Positions 18,586 to 28,770 of a DNA stretch of 64,000 nt are shown in pieces. The translations under genes were made by a program, and so were the position numbers. Origin of the DNA: Candidatus Falkowbacteria bacterium (GTDB lineage: Bacteria; Patescibacteriota; Patescibacteriia; JACRDY01); NCBI GenBank assembly GCA_016218485.1, contig JACRDY010000059.1, positions 11,529-75,528 of the forward strand, in the 5' to 3' direction. The notes under the pieces are model-generated. The model saw only the letters and a list, made by a program, of their open reading frames with translations, made no database searches and was not told where the DNA came from. Position 1 is the stretch's first letter; the number at the start of each line of letters is the position of its first letter.

Positions 18586-18704
18586 CGTCGTACTAGAGGA
18601 TGATTTCTGTCCGTTGACAGGACTTTTTTATTTTTATTCAACACTATGCTATACTGCCCGCATCACCGGAGGGGGGCGACATATAATAATTAACATAAGA
18701 GTAT

Positions 18705-19769
18705 ATGCCAACGACGAAAGTCATGGCCGAGTATGTCTGGATGGATGGCCGGACGCCAACCGCCAAGCTGCGCTCAAAAACCAAAGTGATTGACGGGCCC
18801 ATTGGGCAGCTGTCGGATATCCCGCTGTGGGGTTTTGACGGCTCCAGCACCGAGCAGGCCGAGGGTCATTTTTCCGACTGCCTGCTGCAGCCGGTTTATT
18901 TTTTGCCTGATCCGGTGCGCGGGTTACCACATATTTTGGTTATGAGTGAGGTGCTGAACCCTGACGGTACGCCGCATCCGAGTAACACTCGGACGGTTTT
19001 ACGAAAGGTAACTGAACAGTACGCCGTCGCCGAGCCGCTGGCCGGCATTGAGCAGGAGTACACGTTGTACTACCAAGATCGTCCGGTCGGCTGGCCGGAG
19101 CGTGGGTTTCCGCACCCGCAGGGCCGCTACTACTGCGGCGTCGGCGCTGACGAAGTTTACGGCCGTGTTTTGGTTGAAGATCACATGAAGGCCTGTTTAG
19201 CCGCTGGCATTGCTCTGTCTGGGGTGAATGCCGAAGTCATGCCCGGTCAGTGGGAATTTCAGGTCGGCGCGTTGCCGCCGCTAGAATTGGCTGACCAACT
19301 GTGGCTGTCGCGCTGGCTCATCTACCGTCTGGGCGAAAATCATCAGTTCCATGTTAAGCTGGATCCCAAACCCATGCCGGGCGACTGGAATGGCGCCGGC
19401 GGACACACCAATTTTTCCACCAAAGCCATGCGTGAAGCAGGAGGCCTGCAGGCCATTGAAGCGGCTTGTCAGAAATTAGGCCAATTCCATAAGCAACATA
19501 TCGCTATTTATGGCGCGGACAATGACAAGCGTCTGACCGGCAAGCACGAGACGTGCGGTATCCGTGAGTTCCGCTTTGGCGTGTCGGATCGCGGCGCTTC
19601 CATCCGCATTCCGGCGGCGACCGCTAAGCAGCAACGCGGCTACCTGGAAGACCGCCGGCCGGCGGCAAATCTGGATCCGTACCAGATCCTGACGGCGCTT
19701 TTAGAGACGATCTGCGGCAGCGGTTTCGATCCCGCCAAGTATGGCTGGCAGCCGCAGGTGGTGATTTAA
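18705..19769 (+). CDS. glnII: glutamine synthetase type II (eukaryote-like GSII)
   Basis: 354 aa; AEYVWMDG...LWGFDGSSTEQAEG...SDC N-terminal GSII signature; length typical of GSII. Confidence 0.85.
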   Translation: MPTTKVMAEYVWMDGRTPTAKLRSKTKVIDGPIGQLSDIPLWGFDGSSTEQAEGHFSDCLLQPVYFLPDPVRGLPHILVMSEVLNPDGTPHPSNTRTVLRKVTEQYAVAEPLAGIEQEYTLYYQDRPVGWPERGFPHPQGRYYCGVGADEVYGRVLVEDHMKACLAAGIALSGVNAEVMPGQWEFQVGALPPLELADQLWLSRWLIYRLGENHQFHVKLDPKPMPGDWNGAGGHTNFSTKAMREAGGLQAIEAACQKLGQFHKQHIAIYGADNDKRLTGKHETCGIREFRFGVSDRGASIRIPAATAKQQRGYLEDRRPAANLDPYQILTALLETICGSGFDPAKYGWQPQVVI

Positions 19770-19789
19770 CCTTCTCTTACTCTAAAACA

Positions 19790-19835
19790 AAAAATCGCCC
19801 TTCAGCTTACGCTCAGGGCGTTTTTTTTGTTTAAT
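19790..19835. terminator. Rho-independent terminator after glnII (cgccct-tcagcttacgctc-agggcg + T8)
   Basis: Read directly; a sequence-related hairpin is at 20420-20462. Confidence 0.7.
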
Positions 19836-19839
19836 AAAA

Positions 19840-20400
19840 GAGGAGCACGTAGCCCGTTCCTCTCCAATCCATCAGAGAGGTCAGCCTGCCCCGCCCCGCA
19901 TTGTGCGGGGTGCGGGGCGAGGCAAGGGTGGAGGTTGCCGGAGTTTTTTAATCTCCTCCGAAGCGGGGCAGCACGTCTCCTCCCCTTGCGAGGTTCACCG
20001 AAGGTGACCGAAGTAAGGGGAGGGACAGGGTGGGGTTTTTATTGCTCTCACTCCCACCGTTATATCTAGTTCCACCGTTTGGGTGCTACCCCTCCGCGGG
20101 GGCTCGTTACTTTCTGCCTGCCCGCCACAACTTCGCAGATATTGGCGGGTAGCTTTGGCAGGCGGGTAACCAACTCCCACCCCCACCCATCAGGGCTTGA
20201 GCCCCTCAGGGCCGAAGGCCGCCCCCGTAAGCTTCCCCCGCACAATGCGGGGCAGGGGGAGACCCGCCCACTTCCACCCGCTCCGCGCCCACCCGCCGGT
20301 AGCCACTCCAGTACCCTGTCTGCTCCCTCGCGTCGCTCGGGGCAGTTGCCACCCCGAACCCCACCGGACTTATTTTGTTGGATGGTTGATGGTGGTTGAT
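19840..20400. repeat. Largest GC-rich mosaic repeat cluster (~560 bp)
   Basis: Contains ccccgcattgtgcgggg twice (both orientations), aaggggagggacagggtgggg, ggttgccggag, and ccgaaccccaccggacttattttgtt. Confidence 0.75.
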
Positions 20401-20419
20401 TGTAAGAAGGTAAATAAAA

Positions 20420-20462
20420 ACCGCCCCTCGGCTTATGCTCAAGGCGATTTTTTTATTTTCAA
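20420..20462. terminator. Hairpin + T-run (ccgcccctcggcttatgctcaaggcg), terminator-like, on the typA side
   Basis: Read directly. Confidence 0.5.
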
Positions 20463-20470
20463 AATAAAAG

Positions 20471-22285
20471 TTACTGCCGCTGGCCCATAGTCTTGCGCCG
20501 TTCGTCCGCGGCGTTGAGGATTTTTTTGCGGAGGCGGATGCTCTGGGGGGTGATTTCCACCAGCTCATCGTCGCCGATATACTCCAGAGCATCTTCCAGT
20601 TCCATGATTTTTGGCGCGTCAAAGTGCTCGTCAGAGCCTTCACCCTTGGAGCGCATATTGGTCAGCTGTTTGCCTTTACAGACATTGACCACCAGATCTT
20701 TTTCTCTGGCGTGCTGGCCGACAACTTGGCCTTGGTAGACGACCACGCCGGGTCCGAAGAACAGGCGGCCGCGCTGTTGGGCGTTAAGCAGGCTGTAGAG
20801 CGCGGTGGTGCCTGATTCGTGCGCCACCAGGCTGCCGCGATCGCGCTCCGGCCAGGCGCCGGAGTCAGGTCGGTAATCGGCAAAAATACTATTGATGATG
20901 CCCAGACCCTTGGTGTCAATCATGAATTCGCCCTTGTAGCCGAAGAGGCCGTAGGTGGGGATGAGGAAGTGGAGGAAGGTGATGTTGTTTTCGGTGTGCA
21001 TATTTTGCAGTTGGGCGTGGCGCGCTGAGAGTTTGGCGATGACCGCGCCGCTGGAGACGTCCGGCACTTCAATATGCACGTCTTCCCACGGCACCAGCGT
21101 CTGGCCGTCCACCTCTTTGGTAATGACCTGGGGGCGGGAGACCTGGACTTCATAGCCGTCGCGCCGCATGCGCTCTAAGAGAATGGCCAAATGTAGCTCG
21201 CCGCGGCCGGAGACAGTCCAGCCGCCTTCGCCGCGCGGCTCCACGCGCAGCGCCATGTCGGTTTCCAGCTCTTTATTCAGCCGCTCATTGATCTGGCGCG
21301 AGGTGACGTATTTTCCTTCCGTTCCGGCCAGGGGTGAATCATTGACCAGAATGTTAATTTTGACCGTCGGCTCTTCAATATGCAATGTCGGCAGAGCCAT
21401 GGGGTTATCAATATCGGCCACGGTTTCGCCAATATCAATTTCGGGAATACCGGCAATGGCGGCAATGTCGCCGGCCAGGACTTCCGGCACTTCCACCCGG
21501 TCCAGCCCGACATAGGTCATCAAACTGCTCAAGCGGTAGGGAGTGATGACACCCTGGCGGTTGATCAGGTTGACGCGCTCGCCGGCGGTCAGTTTGCCGT
21601 TGTGGACACGACCGGTGGCGATGCGGCCTTTGAAGTCATTAGCGGTGATGGAAGTGGCCAAGAATTGCAGGGGCGCGGCCGCCTCGCCGGTCGGCGGCGG
21701 CACTTCTTTGAGAATGGTGGCAAACAGCGGGGTGATGTCTTTCATATCAGCGATGGTGGGGGTCAGTCCGGCGAGGCCTTGTTTGGCCGAGGCATAAACA
21801 ATAGGGAAGTCGGTCAGGTGGTCGCTGGCGCCCAGCTCAATAAACAGGTCAAAAGTTTTATTGAGCGCGTAGTCAGGCCGGGCGTCGGGTTTGTCAATTT
21901 TATTAATCACCACGATGACTCGGTGGCCCAGCTCCAGGGCTTTTTTCAGGACGAAGCGGGTCTGCGGCATGGGGCCTTCTTTGGCATCCACCAGCAGCAG
22001 GTAGCCGTCGGCCATCTTCAAGACACGCTCCACTTCGCCCCCAAAGTCGGCGTGACCCGGCGTGTCAATGATATTGATCTTGTGTCCCTGCCAGGTGATG
22101 GCGGCGTTTTTGGAAAAAATAGTAATACCGCGCTCGCGCTCCAGCTCGTTGGAGTCCATGATCAGTTCCGAACCGGCGTCCTTGTGTAATTTGGTATCAG
22201 ATTGGGTCAGCAAAGCATCCACCAGCGTGGTCTTGCCGTGGTCAACGTGAGCGATAATGGCGATATTACGGATGTCAGTTTTCAT
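20471..22285 (-). CDS. typA: translational GTPase TypA/BipA
   Basis: 604 aa; [14 protein letters not shown]1 motif; EF-G-like domain order; aaggag RBS. Confidence 0.92.
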   Translation of the reverse strand: MKTDIRNIAIIAHVDHGKTTLVDALLTQSDTKLHKDAGSELIMDSNELERERGITIFSKNAAITWQGHKINIIDTPGHADFGGEVERVLKMADGYLLLVDAKEGPMPQTRFVLKKALELGHRVIVVINKIDKPDARPDYALNKTFDLFIELGASDHLTDFPIVYASAKQGLAGLTPTIADMKDITPLFATILKEVPPPTGEAAAPLQFLATSITANDFKGRIATGRVHNGKLTAGERVNLINRQGVITPYRLSSLMTYVGLDRVEVPEVLAGDIAAIAGIPEIDIGETVADIDNPMALPTLHIEEPTVKINILVNDSPLAGTEGKYVTSRQINERLNKELETDMALRVEPRGEGGWTVSGRGELHLAILLERMRRDGYEVQVSRPQVITKEVDGQTLVPWEDVHIEVPDVSSGAVIAKLSARHAQLQNMHTENNITFLHFLIPTYGLFGYKGEFMIDTKGLGIINSIFADYRPDSGAWPERDRGSLVAHESGTTALYSLLNAQQRGRLFFGPGVVVYQGQVVGQHAREKDLVVNVCKGKQLTNMRSKGEGSDEHFDAPKIMELEDALEYIGDDELVEITPQSIRLRKKILNAADERRKTMGQRQ

Positions 22286-22470
22286 AGCTCCTTATATTAC
22301 ATTTCTGAGTCTCGCCCGGCACCTTCGGCGATACAACATATATTTTTACCTAAAACGGAAGGCGCCAGCCGCTTTACCAAACATACCTTGTTTAAAACTC
22401 CTTGGCGGAATGGAAGGTGCGGGGTGGTCAACGTGAGCGATAATGGCGATGTTACGGATGTCAGTTTTCA
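22286..22470 (-). promoter_or_regulatory. typA leader carrying a 48-nt duplicate of the typA start (41-codon u[19 protein letters not shown]...) and a long hairpin
   Basis: 22421-22470 duplicates 22238-22285 with one mismatch; the uORF runs 22470 to ~22345 on the minus strand. Confidence 0.5.
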
Positions 22471-22477
22471 TATTGAG

Positions 22478-22725
22478 TATCTAGTATCTAGTATCTGGTA
22501 TCTAGGGAAAAGTCACTGCTGTAAGTTAATTTTAGATATTCAACTTTAGATGCCGTCTATGAAAAAGCGCTGACGAGCAGCGTAGCCTTAAATCAGACGA
22601 GCAAAATATATCAGACTTTAGCAAAATAAGCAAGGTAAGTAGAGGAGGTGTCTCATAATCTAGGTGATTTTCCCAGATACCAGATACCAGATACCAGATA
22701 CTAGATACCAGATACTAAATACGGT
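22478..22725. repeat. ~250-bp element bounded by inverted tandem heptamer arrays (tatctag x4 ... ccagata x6)
   Basis: Read directly; MITE-like architecture. Confidence 0.6.
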
Positions 22726-22741
22726 ATACTGTAGGTAATTT

Positions 22742-23359
22742 ATGATCGCCGTTATCATTGACTGGCTGGCGCAGATTATTATCGCCGTTATTTCCTGGCT
22801 GGGGCATCCCGGCGTTTTTGTGCTGATGGCGCTGGAGAGCTGCGGTTTGCCTATTCCCTCGGAAATCATCATGCCGTTTGCCGGTTTTTTGGTCACGACC
22901 GGTCGATTATCGTTCTGGTTGGTGGTCGCCATGGGCGCGCTGGGCAATTTGGCCGGGTCGCTCTTGGCCTACTGGATTGGCTGGCGGGGCGGCCGTCCGC
23001 TGATTGAGCGCTACGGCAAGTATATTCTCTTGTCACATCGAGACTTGGATTTGGCGGAGCGCTGGTTTGGCCGCTATGGCGATGTGGTGGTGTTTTTCGG
23101 CCGGCTGTTGCCGGTGGTGCGCACCTATATTTCTTTTCCGGCCGGTCTGGCGCAGATGAATCTAAAAAAGTTCGCTTTTTACACCACCCTGGGCAGTCTG
23201 CCCTGGAGTCTGCTGTTTGCCGCTCTGGGAGTCAAGATGGGGGACAACTGGTCGGCGGTACGGCAGTGGCTGCACGATTTTGATCTGGCTATTGTCGGTT
23301 TGCTGGTTCTTTTGGTGGTACTGTTTATTTTTCGCCATCGTCGTCAGAGAGTCGGTTAA
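22742..23359 (+). CDS. DedA family membrane protein
   Basis: 205 aa; GVFVLMALESCGLPIPSEIIMPFAGFLV DedA/SNARE-associated signature. Confidence 0.85.
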   Translation: MIAVIIDWLAQIIIAVISWLGHPGVFVLMALESCGLPIPSEIIMPFAGFLVTTGRLSFWLVVAMGALGNLAGSLLAYWIGWRGGRPLIERYGKYILLSHRDLDLAERWFGRYGDVVVFFGRLLPVVRTYISFPAGLAQMNLKKFAFYTTLGSLPWSLLFAALGVKMGDNWSAVRQWLHDFDLAIVGLLVLLVVLFIFRHRRQRVG

Positions 23360-23404
23360 AGTATTTTTTCTGGGAAAATTGCCGTTGGCCCGGTTTTTTA
23401 TAAC

Positions 23405-23440
23405 ACTTGGATCGGAGGGCGGCGACGCCTTTTTGGTTGC
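23405..23440. repeat. Direct repeat cacttggatcggagggcggcgacgcc (copy 1; copy 2 at 27440-27475), flanking purL
   Basis: 26-nt identity read directly. Confidence 0.7.
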
Positions 23441-23590
23441 CTTTTTGGTTGACTTTACCCCGTAAAATTGGTTAGATACCTGTGGAGGGCGATCTTTGAT
23501 ATCAGCCGTTTTTAGGCTACAGCAGAAGAAACCGTATTCAGGTCAAACGACCTGTCACCAATTCACCAGACAGCGAAAGAAGGAGGCAGC

Positions 23591-26500
23591 ATGATACGGC
23601 GATTCTACCGACGTGAGCGAGCGGGATTTGAGTGGTGTTTTTATGTGGCGCTGTCCGCGGTACTGACGGCGGCGCAGGAAGAAGCGCTGCGTTGGCTGTT
23701 GGCGGAGACCTTTGCTCCCGGAGAGTTTGGCGAGCAGTCGCTCCTGACAGGCGAGTTTGAGGGGCCGGGGCGGATCGTGGAGATTGGTCCGCGGCTCAAC
23801 TTTGAGACTCCCTGGTCCAGTAACGCGGTGGCTATCTGCCACAATTGCGGACTGCACCAGGTGATCCGCTTGGAACGTTCCCGGCGGTATCTATTGCCGG
23901 CGGCGGTGGACGTGACGGCTTTCGTAGGAGGGCACCATGACCGGATGACCGAGATGGTCTACCGGCAGCCGCTGGACAGCTTGGTGATTGACCTGCAGCC
24001 GCAGTCGGTGCGGATCATTCACGTGCTGGAGCACGGGCGCGCCGCTCTGCGACAGATCAGCCAGGAGCTGGGTCTGGGATTTGACGAGCAGGACGTGGAA
24101 TACTACCACTACCTGTTTGTTGAATTGATGGGACGCGATCCCACCGACGTGGAACTGTTCCAACTGGCGCAGATGAACAGCGAACACTGCCGCCATTGGT
24201 TCTTCAAGGGGCGGCACATCATCAACGGGCAGGAGAAGCCCGGGACACTCTTGGATCTGATTCGTTCAACCTGGCAGGCCAATTCGGGTAATAGCGTTAT
24301 CGCCTTTAGCGATAACTCTAGCGCCATTCGGGCGCTGGCGGCGGTGGATACACTATTACCGCGACATGCCGGGCAGCCTTCAGCGATGCAGTTGTTGTCG
24401 TGGTGGTTACACGCGGTGCTCACAGCCGAGACGCACAACTTCCCGTCCGGCGTGGCGCCGGTTCCCGGCGCCGAAACCGGTACCGGCGGACGTCTGCGTG
24501 ATAACCACGCCACGGGTCGGGGCGCTTTTAGCTGCGCCAGTACGGCCGGGTTCATTACCGACAATCTGCATCTGCCGGGGTATCGTATTCCCGGTGAGCC
24601 GGATCATGACGTGGCGCATCCCACGACACTTGCTTCACCCTTGGAGCAGCAGATGGGAATGCCCAGAGGCGCCTTTGACTACGGCAACAAGTACGGTGAG
24701 CCTAATGTCGGAGGGTTTGCGCGGACGTTTGGTCTCTTTTTTCCTGACGGTGAACGTCGCGGAGCCTTCAAGCCCACGATGTTTACCGGTGGCCTGGGTT
24801 GGTTGCCTGATCAACAGACGAAGAAGGCGCCTCCGGCTCCGGGTATGCTGATCATCGGCATTGGCGGTCGGGCTTTCCGGATCGGACTCGGCGGCGGGTC
24901 GGCTTCCAGCATGACGCAGGGGGACAATCGCGCGGATCTAGACTTCAACGCGGTACAGCGCGGTGACCCGGAAACGAAACAGTGCGTCTGGCGCCTCATT
25001 CGCGCCTGTGTTGAGATGGGTATAGACAATCCCATTTTGAACATTCACGATCAAGGGGCCGGTGGTCCCTGCAACGTGCTGACCGAGCTGATGGAACCGG
25101 CCGGTGGCCGGATTGACATTCGTCAGATCAAGCTCGGCGATCAGACGCTGTCGGTATTGGAGATCTGGGGTGCGGAATATCAGGAGCGATACGGCTTGCT
25201 GATTGACCCCAAAAATCTCGCTCTCTTTCAGGCGATTTGCGAGCGTGAGAAAGTTTCCTGTGAAGTACTCGGTGAGGTCACCGGTGACGGTCGGGTGGTA
25301 GTCTATGACTCGCAGACCGAAACAACGCCGGTGAATCTTGATTTGCGGCAAGCCTTGACGCAGACGCCGCAAAAAACGTTTAAGGACGAGACTAGGCCGC
25401 TGCGGTTGGAGCCGCTGCGGATTCCTCCTGACTTGACGGTACGTGAGGCGTTGCGTTCGGTCTGGCAGCTCGTGGCAGTCGGTTCCAAAGAGTGGTTGAC
25501 GCATCAGGTTGACCACTCGGTCGGCGGACTAGTGGCGCGGGCGCAAGCCTGTGGTCCTCTTGGTTTGCCGGTGGCGGATAGCGCCGTGTTGGCGGCTAGT
25601 CACTTCGGTCTGACGGGGATGGCCACGGCGATCGGCGAACAGCCGGTCAAAGGGTTGATTTCTCCGGCAGCGGGCGGCCGTATGGCCGTGGCGGAAGCTT
25701 TGCTTAACTTGGCCGGAGCGCTCATTTCCGGCATCCGTGACATCAAAGCGTCGGTCAACTGGATGTGGCCGGCGAAATTCCCCGGTGAGGCTGACCGTCT
25801 CTGGCAAGCGGCCGAGGCGCTGACGACACTGATGAAGCAGATCGGCATGGCGGCTGACGGCGGCAAGGACAGTCTGTCCATGGCGGCCAGGCTGGATGAC
25901 GGTACGCTCGTCAAGTGTCTGGGCCAAGTGGTGGTGTCCGCCTACGTGACGGTAGCGGATATCAGGCAGGTGGTGACGCCGGACCTTAAGCCGGGCGACA
26001 GTCGGTTGGCGCTCTTGGAAGTGTCACCCGGTAAACAGCGGCTCGGCGGTACGGCTCTGGCGCAAGCGCTCGGGCAACTGGGCGATGACGCGCCCGACGT
26101 AGACAATCCGCTGCTGCTGGCCCAGAGCTTTCAGTTCGTCCAAGAATTGATCCGTCGCAATCTGTTGCTAGCCTGTCATGATGTCAGTGATGGCGGCCTC
26201 ATTACCGCTGTGGCGGAGATGGTCATGGCGGGGCAGCGTGGCTGCAGCCTGCAGCTCTCTGGGCAGCAGGGCGTATTCGCCCAGCTGTTCAATGAGGAGC
26301 CGCAGCTGGTGCTGCAGATGGCGGAAACGGACTATGCCGAGGTTCAATCGTTGGCCTTGGTTTACAACGTAGCGCTGACGTCAATCGGTCACACCGTAGC
26401 GGCGCCACGATTGTTCGTCACTTTTGAGGGAGAGACTGTGCTCTACGAGAGTTTGTCTGAATTACTGCGCCGGTGGCGGAAAACCAGCGATCGGCTGGAA

Positions 26501-27409
26501 GCTGAAAATATCGGTGAGGAGCTGGCGGCTCAACAGTCGCAGCATTGCGGTCAGCCTCCGTCATATCAATTAACCTTCACGCCGGAGCCGACTCTGCCAT
26601 TGTGGCTTCAGGGCAATCAGCCCAGAGTCGCGGTTATCCGTGAGGAAGGCAGTAATGGTGATCGGGAAATGGCCGCCGCGTTCCATCTGGCAGGTTTTGA
26701 GACTTGGGACCTGACCATGACTGACCTCTTGGCGAGGCGGGTGACACTGGATCAGTTCCGCGGTGTTGTCTTTGTCGGCGGGTTCTCTTACGCCGACGTT
26801 CTGGACAGCGCCAAGGGCTGGGCCGGGGTTATCCGTTTCAATCCCCAGCTGCGGGAGATGTTCGATCGGTTCTACGACCGGCCGGACACGTTCTCGCTCG
26901 GCGTCTGCAATGGTTGCCAGCTGATGGCGTTGTTGGGTTGGGTGCCCTGGAAAGGATTGCCCGATGTCCAGCAGCCGCGGTTTATCCATAACCGCTCCGG
27001 CCGGTTTGAGTCACGGTTGGTCACGGTCGGCATCGACCCCAGTCCGGCCATGATGCTGCAGGGTATGGCCGGGTCGCGTCTGGGCGTCTGGGTGGCTCAC
27101 GGTGAAGGACGGTTGCACTGTCCTGATCCTACGTTACTCGCCGACATCACGGCGCGACATCTCACGCCACTGCTGTATTGTGATCACCAGGGTACGGCGA
27201 CGGAGACCTACCCGTTCAATCCCAACGGTTCGCCGATGGGTATTGCCGGGCTGTGTTCTGCCGACGGCCGCCATCTGGCGGTTATGCCGCACCCGGAACG
27301 GATGTTCCAGTTGTGGCAGTGGCCGTATCTGCCGCCGGAGTGGCAGGGACTGCCAGCCTCGCCCTGGCTCCAGATGTTTCAGAATGCTCGCCGCTGGTGC
27401 GGCGAGTAG
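23591..27409 (+). CDS. purL: phosphoribosylformylglycinamidine synthase, large single-chain form (FGAM synthetase + glutaminase)
   Basis: 1272 aa; PurM-like duplicated core and C-terminal class-I amidotransferase domain (VIREEGSNGDREMAAAF...GVCNGCQ). Confidence 0.9.
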   Translation: MIRRFYRRERAGFEWCFYVALSAVLTAAQEEALRWLLAETFAPGEFGEQSLLTGEFEGPGRIVEIGPRLNFETPWSSNAVAICHNCGLHQVIRLERSRRYLLPAAVDVTAFVGGHHDRMTEMVYRQPLDSLVIDLQPQSVRIIHVLEHGRAALRQISQELGLGFDEQDVEYYHYLFVELMGRDPTDVELFQLAQMNSEHCRHWFFKGRHIINGQEKPGTLLDLIRSTWQANSGNSVIAFSDNSSAIRALAAVDTLLPRHAGQPSAMQLLSWWLHAVLTAETHNFPSGVAPVPGAETGTGGRLRDNHATGRGAFSCASTAGFITDNLHLPGYRIPGEPDHDVAHPTTLASPLEQQMGMPRGAFDYGNKYGEPNVGGFARTFGLFFPDGERRGAFKPTMFTGGLGWLPDQQTKKAPPAPGMLIIGIGGRAFRIGLGGGSASSMTQGDNRADLDFNAVQRGDPETKQCVWRLIRACVEMGIDNPILNIHDQGAGGPCNVLTELMEPAGGRIDIRQIKLGDQTLSVLEIWGAEYQERYGLLIDPKNLALFQAICEREKVSCEVLGEVTGDGRVVVYDSQTETTPVNLDLRQALTQTPQKTFKDETRPLRLEPLRIPPDLTVREALRSVWQLVAVGSKEWLTHQVDHSVGGLVARAQACGPLGLPVADSAVLAASHFGLTGMATAIGEQPVKGLISPAAGGRMAVAEALLNLAGALISGIRDIKASVNWMWPAKFPGEADRLWQAAEALTTLMKQIGMAADGGKDSLSMAARLDDGTLVKCLGQVVVSAYVTVADIRQVVTPDLKPGDSRLALLEVSPGKQRLGGTALAQALGQLGDDAPDVDNPLLLAQSFQFVQELIRRNLLLACHDVSDGGLITAVAEMVMAGQRGCSLQLSGQQGVFAQLFNEEPQLVLQMAETDYAEVQSLALVYNVALTSIGHTVAAPRLFVTFEGETVLYESLSELLRRWRKTSDRLEAENIGEELAAQQSQHCGQPPSYQLTFTPEPTLPLWLQGNQPRVAVIREEGSNGDREMAAAFHLAGFETWDLTMTDLLARRVTLDQFRGVVFVGGFSYADVLDSAKGWAGVIRFNPQLREMFDRFYDRPDTFSLGVCNGCQLMALLGWVPWKGLPDVQQPRFIHNRSGRFESRLVTVGIDPSPAMMLQGMAGSRLGVWVAHGEGRLHCPDPTLLADITARHLTPLLYCDHQGTATETYPFNPNGSPMGIAGLCSADGRHLAVMPHPERMFQLWQWPYLPPEWQGLPASPWLQMFQNARRWCGE

Positions 27410-27439
27410 ACGAATACCACATTCACCTGCTAAGTGCTT

Positions 27440-27475
27440 CATAGCACTTGGATCGGAGGGCGGCGACGCCCTTCT
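27440..27475. repeat. Direct repeat cacttggatcggagggcggcgacgcc (copy 2)
   Basis: See 23405-23440. Confidence 0.7.
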
Positions 27476-27553
27476 TTATTTTTTTATTCAACATTTTGGT
27501 TGCAAAAAATTCCCATTATTGTTAAGGTGGAGGCATCATTATTCCCCGTATAT

Positions 27554-28735
27554 ATGGGCAATCAGCTTATTTTTAGCAAAAATAAGGGTATTACATTGGC
27601 GCTAATCGTCGCCGCGGCGCTTTTTATTATATTAGGCGCGCCGGGATTGGTGCGGCCGGAGCAACAGCCGCTCGTTCGTTTGGCTGTGGCCGTAGGAGGG
27701 CTCTGCGGTAACGGATCGCTGGATGGAGGCGAACAGTGTGACGATGGCAATGCCACTGACGGTGACGGCTGTTCCGCTCTCTGCACGGTGGAGATCATTC
27801 CGCGGCGGGATCTGGCGCCGCGGCTGGCTATTACCAAATCAGCGGATTGGGTCAGTACCGCTCCCGGCGACCGGGTGATGTATACGGTGGAGCTGACCAA
27901 TACCGGCAGTGACGCCTGTAATAATGTCATTGTGATTGATCTCCTGCCCGACAGTTTCAGTTTTGCCGATGATGGAGAAGACATTCGGCTTTGGCAATGG
28001 GAGAGTCTGCGGGCCGGTGGCACGATTCATCTGGAGTATGCGGTGACTGTTGCCGCTGACGCGGCTGCCGGTCTATATACCAATACGGTGACAGCTCAGT
28101 GCAACCGTCTGGAGCCGATCAGCACGAGTGCAGAGGTGATTGTCATACCGCTGCTGATTGCGCCCGCGCCAGCTGAACCGATGGCTCCGTCGCCGGATAT
28201 CCTGCCGAGCGCTTCGCGTAATACGGGGCAGGGTGTGGAGCCATCAGTGGTACCGGTGAATGGATCGTTTGAGTCAGGGGTGACTGGAGAACAGACAGTA
28301 TTTCCTCCGACGATTGTTTACTATACTCCGCCGACGCCCGCAGTGCAGGTGCTGGGGCAAGAGGCTGCAGAGGAGCCGGTGGTGACGCCGGTTATTCCTG
28401 CTGGGCCGACCTGTGTTGCCTGCCGCGGTATTAAACTATTACTGTTGCTGGTGCTGATAGTCTCGCTGGGGTATGGCTATTTTTGGTTCTGGCGGCTGTT
28501 TGATGCTCGGCGCCGGTGGCTGGTTAGTCTGCTCGGATTGCTGGTGCCGATTGCCGCGTCGGTTAGCTTGGTGCTGGCCAAGGCTTGCTTGGATTCTCGG
28601 TACGTTGTTTTGACGACCGGCAATACGGTTCTCTGTAAATATTTTTTCTTTGCGGCGCTGGGTGTCTACCTGGGTGGTTTGCTAGTAACCTATTGGGTGG
28701 CGCCTCGGCCGAGCGATTTACCCGATGTACAATAA
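27554..28735 (+). CDS. cell-surface protein: N-terminal TM, Myxococcus-type cysteine-rich repeat, DUF11-like domain, Pro-rich linker, C-terminal TM segments
   Basis: CGNGSLDGGEQCDDGNATDGDGCSALCTVE matches the Cys-rich repeat consensus; ITKSADWVSTAPGDRVMYTVELTNTGSD is DUF11-like; start at the ATG at 27554 (MGNQLIF). Confidence 0.7.
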   Translation: MGNQLIFSKNKGITLALIVAAALFIILGAPGLVRPEQQPLVRLAVAVGGLCGNGSLDGGEQCDDGNATDGDGCSALCTVEIIPRRDLAPRLAITKSADWVSTAPGDRVMYTVELTNTGSDACNNVIVIDLLPDSFSFADDGEDIRLWQWESLRAGGTIHLEYAVTVAADAAAGLYTNTVTAQCNRLEPISTSAEVIVIPLLIAPAPAEPMAPSPDILPSASRNTGQGVEPSVVPVNGSFESGVTGEQTVFPPTIVYYTPPTPAVQVLGQEAAEEPVVTPVIPAGPTCVACRGIKLLLLLVLIVSLGYGYFWFWRLFDARRRWLVSLLGLLVPIAASVSLVLAKACLDSRYVVLTTGNTVLCKYFFFAALGVYLGGLLVTYWVAPRPSDLPDVQ

Positions 28736-28770
28736 GTTCAAAGATTGAATTGGTGGTAGCATTCATCTTT

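Noticed and set aside
18644-18930. Small ORFs (68-69 aa) overlapping the glnII start on the minus strand
   Set aside because: They overlap a strongly supported GSII gene. They are low-complexity and lack an RBS.
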